DNA of 64,000 bases, taken from the human T2T-CHM13v2.0 reference genome, Homo sapiens. The stretch is taken from NCBI RefSeq assembly GCF_009914755.1, contig NC_060940.1; one strand, written 5' to 3'. Positions 53,052-64,000 of the stretch are shown piece by piece; positions within the stretch are counted from its first letter, which is position 1; the number at the start of each line of letters is the position of its first letter. The notes beneath the pieces were generated by a model. It saw only the letters and a program-made list of their open reading frames with translations. It had not been told where the DNA came from and searched no databases. Both the position numbers and the translations under genes were made by a program.

Positions 53052-53875
53052 TCTATCCAAAGGCCTTGACTAATGCAGAATCAGCACTAATTTACAAGCC
53101 CCATAAACTAAAGACCCCATGTTTGTGTTATAAGTTTTCAAACTTTTTAAATATTTTCCCCTGTCTTATTTTCTATCATTTCACATCTTCTTAAACACAT
53201 ATATTTTTAAAAGAGGTTTTGACTCACTGGTGAATTTGTCTTAAAATGGAAAAATAAAATCAAATATAAGAATTTTGTTATGAATCTTTGGGGAAACACA
53301 ATTAGGGAATCTACCTTAATAGGTAAACCCATGTAATTTCTTATTTCCGTCTAGTTATAGGAAAATACTGAGATACTTGTGAGATGTTTTCTTTTTTTTT
53401 TTTTCCAACTTGTATACACGTTGTTCTATAAGTGGTTGATTGTTTTTCAGGAAAAAAAAATTCAGCATCTCAAATGTACCTTTAATATTGCTTCTGATTT
53501 TTGTTGTTTTGCTATCATAGCGTTACCTACCTCACAGAGATGTTTTAGGTCATAAGTATTTTTCATTTAATTTTTTTTCCCCTTAATTTCCTTTTTTTCC
53601 CTCCTAAGCTATAAATATACAGCCTTAAAAAAAACACTCAGAAATTTAAGTCCAAGAAGCCTGCTTTTCTTGATACCTTTCAAGTGCTAGATTAATAACA
53701 TTTTTGTCAGGTGGTTACCAGAATGGAGGATACTTGAGCTGAGTTTTGCTAGAGTCCAAGATCATCTATTCTAATTTCTGGGGACACATATTTTGTCCTG
53801 GTTAGAGAGATATATAATGATGCCTATCTGATTCTGTGGTGGTCTGGCTTTGATGTATGTATATGTGGGCAGGAA

Positions 53876-53920
53876 TGTGTGTGCGTGTGTGTGTGCATGT
53901 GTGAGCTCCTGTGTGTGTGT
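53876..53920. repeat. Degenerate (TG)n
   Basis: Visible directly. Confidence 0.8.
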
Positions 53921-55047
53921 TCATCACGTATCCATTGTGTCTCCAAGGTCTTATCAACAGCAACAAAAGGCCTCCTTTGAGATCAATCACATTCATTCGA
54001 TGTTTGTTTTCTACTACCTGATACTTACTGCTTTCTCTTTGTCGCCGTTAATTTTGTTTGTCATATGTCAGACCAGGATGAGTGGGGCACATACAGATTC
54101 AGCTCATTTTATTTTTTTTCTCCCTTCCTTCGTCACCACCTTTGCTAATTTCAGGCGGTCAGCACATTTAGCAAGCATGTAGCTGCTTGCCTGAGCAAGC
54201 CATTAATCTATATTAGAAAATGTAGAGGCCCCAGTGTTAACCTTCCTGAAGCTTGTCTCCCCACCCCCAATTCTATAGGTTCTATTATATCTCCGCTGGT
54301 TTAAGGCAACTGCTGTTTCTTTTAGGAGTTTTCTTTTCTTTCCTTGCTGAATATCTGCACTTAGCAATACTGCCCAGGCACATGGGCTGTGGCTCAAGTT
54401 TTCAGTGCAGGACAGTGTGTCATTGCAGGAGAAGACAGAACCCGGCCAGATCCTCCCGCTGCCGGCAAGCGGAGTCAGTTACTGGGAAGCCATAATAATT
54501 CTTTCTTCTAGAGAATTTTGGCAAAAATGTGCCTCCATCTTACATCAACAATTTTTCATCTTTCTGGAATTTTTATTTCCCCTTCCCCTCTTGTTCCTTT
54601 TTATCCTCCTGGTGAAGTATCTCCTTTTCCCTAAAAAACTGGAAAAAATGCACTTTTCTATATTAATTCAAATCATATTCAAAAAATACTATATGTTAAA
54701 AAATACGATGTTTCTGTAATCCTTACATCCCCTAATAAAACCACTGTGTGATGAAACTACCAAGAAGCCTCTCTTGAAAAAAAAAAAATTAAGTGAACCT
54801 CTACTTTAGAATGTTGGCTTTTCATATATGTACAAAACAAAAGAGGTTGCAGTGATGGCGTGGATAAAGGCACCTGTGTACTTTTCCAACCTATCCAATT
54901 TCAAGATGTATCCTTTGTGGATTACATTGGTTCTTTTCTATGGAATCATGCACCTTAGACCTGGGAGAAACCAGCGTGACATCCAGGGTCAAGGTTTTCC
55001 AATCAGGTATTTTGGGGGAAAAAGTTCTGCCTTCATGTAACAACTAA

Positions 55048-55840
<793 letters not shown>

Positions 55841-56805
55841 TTTGAAATCTCAGACCATGATGACCTCCTTGCCCAATGCGTAAGCTGTCCTCCAAAACAC
55901 ACATTTATGGGGGCAGAGGGAGTCTCTCTGGAAGGAAACTTCGTCTGAGCCATGGCTCCTTTTGCTTCCCCTGGGTTTTAATCCTTCCTTCCCTTCCTGT
56001 TCTTTTAAGGAAATCTGAAAAGGAGCAAAAGAGCTTTAGAACTGCAATGCATCTGTCTGAGGCCAAGGACAGTTGTACGCAGACCTCTCTGCCAGTGTTT
56101 CAGTGACCCTCCTCTTGCTGCTTGGCTGCCTATGAGTCCATGCTGACATCTGGCTCTGTCTGCCCAAATATAAACTTGAGAGTGACTTCCAAGATATATA
56201 CAGGGCTCAGAGGTTCTCTCCCCAACCCATTCACTGGCCCTGCTCTCTCTCGATGTTCCCAAGTCTCCTGGGTGACCTTGTGTGTCCTTCCTGGGATATT
56301 GCTCAATCACCCTAGAACTGTAAGGCCAAGTGGTCATAGCCAGAACATGGCAGAAACATTCCTGCTTCTATTCTGCTTTTCTAGCATGGAATCCCCTCTG
56401 CCTTAATGTGAATAAATACTCCCCAAAATGAAGGCAGAATCCAGTATCTGTTGTTTAAACTAAATCCCTAACTGGACCCCCTCTGATAAACCCTCTGATA
56501 AAGAATTGATGTAAAATTTGGGACGCTGGATAGGACCAGGAAGCCAGAGAAAGAGGGCACCCTTTTCTTTTCTAGCATTTGAGTTCCCAAAGAAGTAAAA
56601 CTCTGTGAATGTTCACTTCATTTTTTCCTGATATATCGAGGACTCCAGATGTAACCTCATTGATAGTCTTGGTGTGTTCTTCAGTATTTGTGCTTTTAAT
56701 AGATATTGCAAGTGTGTTTAATGTGAAAATAGAAATGGAGGGCTTTTAAAAGAGCTTACTCAAAATCCTGCCAATTACTGAAATCTACCAGACAAGAAGG
56801 AGCCA

Positions 56806-56808
<3 letters not shown>

Positions 56809-56837
<29 letters not shown>
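56809..56837. repeat. Poly-T tract (~29)
   Basis: Visible directly. Confidence 0.9.
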
Positions 56838-57475
56838 GATACAATGAGGGGAAATGTTTCTTCCACAAAAGCCTGGCCGTTTGTCTTTAAAAATTTTCAT
56901 CTTTTGGGTACTGAGTTGTAATAGTAAATACAGATGTAGCTGTGTCACATTAAAAGCACAACCAAATTGTAGTACAATGTTCAGGACACTTTTATGTCAC
57001 TTTAAAATGTAGAGTATCATCTAAAAATGAGCAATTGCTGTGAAGAAACTGGGGTTGGCTCTGATTTTGTGGCTCAGTTTTTTTTGGTTTCTTGAGAAGA
57101 TCATCTTTAAGTCAAAAGTTATGCAATGCCAAGTACTCATCTGTGTAATCTATTTCAGTTTCCAAAATTTTTCATCACCTGGTTACAAACATCTGAAGGC
57201 AAGAAATAGCCAAGATTCCATTGCAAGTCCCAGAGTAAGTTATTATTAGACAGAAACAAACAAGTAAATACCTTGGGCCTGAGCTATTGCCCAAACCAGT
57301 CCTGACTTGGCTTGGGTTCTGACCAACTGTTTTTGATCCCACAGTCTGAAGTACGTTTGTGGAAATACAAAGGTCAAACCTTCCCCTAACCCTCTGTAAT
57401 CCCTGGTGGAGCTAAGGAATGAAAAGTTGCTTAAACATTTTCCTGTTGCCAGTTTTTCTTAAACATTAGTGCTAT

Positions 57476-57477
<2 letters not shown>

Positions 57478-57508
<31 letters not shown>
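57478..57508. repeat. Poly-T tract (~31)
   Basis: Visible directly. Confidence 0.9.
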
Positions 57509-58199
57509 CCTTCTTCAACCCTGACTCTGATTCACAAAGAATAGGGAAGCTTAGCCAACTGCAGTTTCAAAGTATTGCTTCTTAAGCCTGGGCCAAGTGT
57601 GTAGACTTGATAGAATTCTGATTAATGCATCTTATTACATTAATTTTAGAAGAAACCAGAAGGCATTTCTCCTATTCCTAGTGCAGGCCAGCCTGCCAGA
57701 AGCATTTGCCTCCTTAAAGAGCTAATATCTTCAGCTACCAACAATCATAAAACTGAAAGATCTATCGGAAGAGTTGGCTTCTCTGGATGTGCATAAGGCA
57801 CACTGCAAAATAGATGTACAGCTTGGCTGAACTTTGCTTCAAATTTGCCAATCAAAATTCACGAACCCATGCCAAGTTGGCTACAAAACCTCTCGCTTGG
57901 AGCCAGCACTAATTATGTCAACAAGTAGTTCAAGTTTAGCCCCTGTTAAGTCCTGTACTCCTGGGTATTGGGGATGAGTCTTTGTGTGGTGGCAAACGGG
58001 CCCTGTCTTCGCTTGGCTTCCTCCTAAAATTCCCAGGACCTCTTCGGGTCCCAGCCCTTTCTGTTCCCCTGAGATTGCGCCTCCTCACCCTCTGTCTTGG
58101 ATGGAAAGAGTTCCAAGGCAGTCCAGTCACCCCAGTGAAAAGTTTTCTGATGAGGTCAAGCCTTCTTATTGTCATAGGTCATTTTCTTTAGAAATGAGA

Positions 58200-58580
58200 A
58201 ACCATCTCATTGGGCTTTCCAGGAAGGAGACTCTGAGTGCAAGTTTGTTGTGAAGAACACGTGCCTTGGAATTAACACCTATGGAAGGGAAGAAAACGAA
58301 GATGGAGTGGGCAGAGGGAGAAGCTGACTGAGATGCAGTCCAGCAAGGGTCTCAGTCAACCTTATGAAGCTAAAAGGGCCCATCAGAGCTAATCCCTATT
58401 GGGCTAATGTGGCCAGGCTTTTATAAACCTGCCTTGACTCGTGATTGGGTGGGCTGCCCCAGGAAGGATGTGCCCTTGCAGAAGGTAGTCTCTGTGTTCA
58501 GGTACTCCCTGGAAAGGCTAATGGCTGAAGGCTACAGGTTACCCTGGAAGGGAGACCTGGGCTGCACATCAGAGCCCATC
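58200..58580 (-). mobile_element. Ancient ERVL-class LTR (LTR16-like)
   Basis: ggagactctgagtgcaagtttg...gggcagagggagaagctgactgagatgcagtc. Confidence 0.55.
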
Positions 58581-58757
58581 TACTTTCCAGTGTGGACAAG
58601 TTCCAGCTCCTGCCCCAGCCCTGCCACACCATCACCCTCTCCAGCACACACAGCCCTTCTCTGTTGATTAGGGTTGGTTGAGCTGTTCTACCACCTTCAT
58701 TGACTCAGGCCTTGAAGTGCAGTAGAAAGCCCTAGGACAAGGCAGGCCCAGTTTTGA

Positions 58758-59015
58758 GGCTGGGTGCAGAGGCTCATGCCTGTAATCCCAGCACTTCGGG
58801 AGGCCACGGCAAGAGGATCACTTGAAGCCAGGAGTTTGAGATCAGTCTGGCCAACACAGCGAGACCCAATCTCTCCAAAAAGTTTAAAAATCGGCTGGGC
58901 ATGGTGGTACATGCCTGTAGTCCTAGCTACTCAGGAGACTGAGGCAGGAGGATCACTTGAGCCTGGTAGGTCGAGGCTGCAGTGAACTAAGATGCCACAG
59001 GACTATAGCCTGGGC
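58758..59015 (+). mobile_element. AluJ, 3' end lost
   Basis: Dimer ending at agcctgggca without a tail. Confidence 0.9.
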
Positions 59016-59553
59016 AGTTTTGAGTGCTGCCTCTACCATGTAACTAGCTTGCCAGTCAAGTCATTAACTATTCGGGGCCTTAGTTTCGTCTTTTCTGAAT
59101 TGGAGCCAGTATACGTAATTCCAAAGGTTGCTTTTAAGCGTAAGTGAGAATATTGGCAGAAATTCGTTAGCACTGAGAGAGGGAATGTAAAGTGGAGGTT
59201 AAGTGTACGGCTTAAGAGCAGAGTCAGGAAACCTAGACTTGCACCCTGATTTCTGAGTTGAATGTTCCAGGGTAAGCCACTTAATCTCTCTAATCCTCAT
59301 TGTGCTTAGCTCTAGAATGGAGGCTTGTTGAGAAAATTAAATGGAAACGATAACGGCGAAGCACTTAGCACATGAGCAGGCCCATAGTACTCAGGTGTTC
59401 ATTCCACAGAAAAGCGTTCACTCTTCTGCACTCTTTCTCAGTCAGTTGGCCACTGCTGTTCAGTTCACTTCTTTTGGATCTTCTCAGCCCCATCAGGTTC
59501 CCAGGTGAAATGAGCCCCGGCTCAGCAGGCCAGTTGTCTTCAGTGACCCCCAG

Positions 59554-60056
59554 TGAGGCAGCAGGTGGGACTTGATTCTGGAGGCAAGACTCAACTCCAT
59601 AGACAGGGCTTACACACCGGACCAAATTGAGGACTAGCTAAAACAGGGATAGGGTGGGTGCACCTTTCCATGAGCTGTGTCCGCCAGTGTGTCATGTCAG
59701 TTTACAATTTCCATGGCAACACCTAGAAGTTACTGCCCCTTTCCATGACAATGACCCAACAACCTGGAAGTTACCACCCTTTTTCTAGAAATTTCTGCAT
59801 AATCCACCACTTAATTTGCATATAATTAAAAATGGGTGTAAATGTGATGGCAGAACTGCCTCGGAATTGCCACTGTGGGTACTCTGCATGTGGGGTAGCC
59901 CTGTTTTGCAAGGAGCAGCACCTCTGCTCCTGTTGTACACTGTCCCTTCAATAAAAGTTGCTAACACCACCACCTTGCCCTTGAATTCTTTCCTGGGCAA
60001 AGCCAAGAACCCTGTTGGCCTAAGCCGCAGTTCTGGGGTTCGCCTGCCCTGCATCA
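59554..60056 (+). mobile_element. MER41-family (C/D/E-like) solo LTR
   Basis: TG...CA termini, gaccaaattgaggactagctaaaacaggg, AATAAA, ...cctgccctgcatca; 4-bp TSD CCAG. Confidence 0.85.
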
Positions 60057-60984
60057 CCAGCACAGTGGAAGGCCACAAGCTCACAGCATTTTCATCCGTA
60101 AACAAAGCTTGGCAATATCTCTGATGGTTAAGAGCTTACGTGTTTGCGCCAGTGAGACTTGCACTCAGTCTTCTTTGAGTGAGACTTGAACTCGATTCTG
60201 AGTCTCCTCCTTCCTAGATGGACTCATTATTTACTTATTTATGTATTCACTCATCTATTCATTAATTTATACTCTTAGTTTGATATCAACATCTGTAAAA
60301 TGGGGATGGTAATGTGGTGATATGGAGGAAAATAAAATAACTCTGGCATTGTTCTTACTATTTACCTCTGTACTGTCATCGTTATCATTCCTTTGATAAC
60401 CGTGAGCACCTGTCATGGGCCTGGCACTCTAGTAGGCTCTCAGGATGCACAATGACCCTGTCCCTGCTTGCTGGAGACATAAGAGAAGCCCCCAGCCACT
60501 GACATCTGGGTGTTGTAAGAAAGCAAGAACAGTCATGGACACTGCTAAGTTTTGATGCCAAAGAGCCAAATTTGCAGTACCAGAATGTCCTTTCCATGTG
60601 TGACCCAAAGTTTTGGCTACTGAAGACGTTGCATGCCCTCCAACAGTGGAAGTGGTGCCCTGAATACGCCAGAAATAATCGTGGAGTCAACGAAGATCTG
60701 GGAGTATTGTTTGGAGACATCTCAGTATTCCTAATTCATTTTCCCATCCTTAAATAAAAATCTTTCTTACTGATGATCTGAGAACTTCTTGTAAGCCCCA
60801 TTTCCATGAGTAGAGTTGGCCATTGCCCACTAAGAAAATTTAGGTGGTTTTTATTGGGATTAGTGGATGAACTTAGGATTAGTGTGGCCCTTCCTTGAGA
60901 TATAATGACAACCTTGGTGAAAGCAAGACCACAGGGCCTATCTTCAGGGAAGTGCCTTGCATTTTAATACCAACCATGCCACGT

Positions 60985-61428
60985 GTATGTGTTTCCTGGG
61001 CCTGCCATAACAAATTATCGCAAACTGGGTAGATTGAGAATCATTCATTGTTTCATGGTTTTGGTGGCCGGAAGTCCAAAATCAAGGCGTTTGTGGGGTT
61101 CGTTCCTTCTGGAAGCTATGAGGGAGAAACCATGCCATGCCTGTCTCCTGGTTTCTGGTGACTGCTGGCAATTCTTGATGTCCCTTGGCTTGGAAACACC
61201 ACATTCTAATCTCTACTTCCTCCCTTACATCACCTTCTCCTCTGGCTTTGTGTCCTTTCTGTCTCTTACAAGGACACCAGTCATTGGACTTAGGACCCAC
61301 CTAATTGAGTATGATCTCATCTCATTCCTTATCTTAATTACATTTGCAAAGACCCTGTTTCCAAATAAAGTCACATTCGTTGGTTCTGAGTGAACATGTT
61401 TCTAGGGGGACACTATTGAACCCACTGC
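60985..61428 (-). mobile_element. MLT1B/C-like solo LTR
   Basis: tttcctgggcctgccataacaaatta...tttgcaaagaccctgtttccaaataaagtcacattc. Confidence 0.85.
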
Positions 61429-62194
61429 ACTGCATCAAACGTATGGGTGTGCTTTCTCTTGGCCTTTCTCCTATTTGCCTTCTCTGTGTTGGGAATTGTG
61501 GCTTCACACCCATCTACTTATCCCTGCATGTTGAGCATCGTCTGTTACCTGAAGAGCAGAAGGATGATAAAAGTGAGGAAACTGAGGCACAGGCTTGCCC
61601 CAGGTTACACAGCTAGTTATGATGGAGGGTGGGTCGGAAGCCAAGCGCCCCCCAGCCCCCACCCCACAACAGGTGTATGTGGCCTCTGGTTTATCCTTCT
61701 TTCCCCCTGCTCACCACATGGCTTCTCATTTTGAAAACCCGGTGGCTAATAAAGTAGATGAGTTTCAGGATTGCAAAATATTGTGATCCTGGCCTTTGTC
61801 CATTGTGTAATCTTCACAGTGACCAGAGTGTTTGCAGTTCCTAGGAAGTTCACCCATTCCCAACAGTGTCCCAGGGTCAAGCTCAGATGACCTGTGGTAT
61901 TTTTATACCCATATATGTGTCAATGTTTATAACTTTTAAAGTTGTTTTCAGGAAGCACTGAGGCATGTGGTCGTTCACAGGTGACAAAGACAGAGGCTCA
62001 GGGAACTCAGTTGGTTGCTGAGCTTTAAACCCAAGTCTATTTCTGAGGCTGGACTGAGTCTTTGAGAAAATGCAAAGTAACCTAGCATAGTGTCAGACAC
62101 AAAATAGTCAGCAAATACCATCGTAGATTCAGGCTTCTGAGTCCAAAGCTAACAATTCTCATCTCCAATTCCCATCTTCAAATATTAAAATAAA

Positions 62195-62484
62195 CTTTTT
62201 TTTTAAGAGACAGAATCTCACTGTGTTGCTCAGGCTAGAGTGCTGTGGCATCTTAGCTCACAGCAGCCTCGACCTACCAGGCTCAAGCGATCCTTCTGCC
62301 TCAGTCTCCTGAGTAGGTAGGACTATAGGCATGCACCACCATGCCCAGCTATTTTTAAAATTTCCTGTAGAGATGGGGTCTCAGTGCATTGGCCAGACTG
62401 ACCTAAACTCCTGGCTACAAGTGATCCTCTTGCCTTGGCCTCCCAAAGTGCTGGGATTACAGGTGTGAGCCACCATGCCCAGCC
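62195..62484 (-). mobile_element. AluJ
   Basis: Dimer; TSD aaataaact. Confidence 0.93.
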
Positions 62485-62520
62485 TTAAATAAACTCTTTA
62501 GTGTCAAAAAATCTACGTGA

Positions 62521-62833
<313 letters not shown>

Positions 62834-64000
62834 TCTACTTGAACCAATAAAAATTCCCATCCCCACCTAGAATTCTAAATATTTTATAAATAAAGTCTTC
62901 AGAGCCTAGATATTCACTAGAACCCAGTGGTCACGTGTTCCTAATGGGTGGAATATTATTTTGAATCTTTCCATGATGAGAGTTACATTGATGGGTGAAA
63001 GCTTTTTATGCAACATCATCATTGTTGAATAAACAGACGCTTAGCATATTTAGGTTGGAATGCAAGGGAACTAAAGGTAGGGGAGATTCTTAAGGAAGTC
63101 TACTTTCTCTTCAAGAATGCTATCAAATTGAAAGGTAATTCCTAAACAAGAGTCATTTGTAAATTAGGGAGGAAGAGCTAAAAAAGATTCCTAGCAAGAA
63201 ACATCATAAAGGGGCTTGATAAAGCCAAAAAACTAAAAGAAAAAAAAAAAGGAATTAGAAACAGAGAAAAGAGGCTTCGTGTTGTTTGTAAATTTGTGAA
63301 TAAATCTGTTAAAGAAATATTGGATTCATATTCAACTTGGAAAACAGGGAAAGGCCTTTTATTGCATGCTTTGAAGTTTGAATACACTTTCAGTAGCTCT
63401 TCGTTATCTCAAATTAAATCTTAAATTGAGCTTGTGGTTCTGTGAATTAATACTCCAGCCTTTCAGCCCTGCTGCTGAGGTCATTCAAATCTAATGGTGG
63501 AAACGGTCACAGGGTCAGGCCTTGGATGGTGCTGTATAGAAATGCCTTAATGATGCTGGCAGATGTTTGCATTCTGCAGCTGGGGCGGCTGGCGGGTTGG
63601 GGGCTGCAGGAAGAGAGGAGTTGATGATCACATTATTGTGTCAGCCGCCTGTGTGAATAAGGAAGGACAGACTCCCACCCCATCCCATCATTCCAGGTTC
63701 AATAAGAGGTAGGTGCTTCCTAAAGCAGAAAAATGTAAGGGAAGTCATCATCGCTTATCATCACCTGAATGTTCACCATGGTGACCCACATCTCAGGATG
63801 CTGCAAAACGAGAGAGGTCACCTGTCTGTGTAATCGCATATAGCATTCTAAAGATGTTCCATTCATTCAGCAAATGTTTAATAAAGGCTTCATCTGAAGT
63901 TTAATGGACATTGTTTGATAAAACAGACCCAGTCACTGGTGTCAGGGAGTTTATATAAAAGTATACACGTATCTGTGCAAATGTGTGCATTTAAGGCCCG

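Noticed and set aside
59554-60056. MER41 as an interferon-inducible STAT1 enhancer
   Set aside because: I found no TTCnnnGAA site in this copy; TTCTAGAA has only a 2-bp spacer

Overview
Primate (very probably human) non-coding genomic DNA, dominated by interspersed repeats: about 32 Alu copies, MIR and L2 relics, old L1 fragments, MaLR/ERV solo LTRs (THE1, MLT1, MER21-like, MER41-like) and hAT DNA transposons (MER5, MER3, Arthur1-like). I found no credible protein-coding exon chain, RNA gene or CRISPR array; nearly all listed ORFs are chance or repeat-derived. Most L1s and LTRs lie antisense to the + strand, which suggests a large intron of a + strand gene. FTO intron 8 is a tentative guess from my memory of one peptide and is unverified. 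Most notable sequence-level observations: (1) an Alu at 11830 carrying 45 bp of the 3' flank of another Alu 6.1 kb upstream plus a second A-tail, i.e. a transduction-like or gene-conversion structure; (2) a near-consensus CTCF site with an adjacent G4/MAZ tract in a CpG-retaining ancient LTR; (3) a ~45 bp LTR-like mini-retroposon with A-tail and TSD; (4) further local templated duplications; (5) candidate cryptic exons. I do not see evidence for a new gene system. Repeat family names come from recalled consensus resemblance, and boundaries not anchored by a TSD are approximate.
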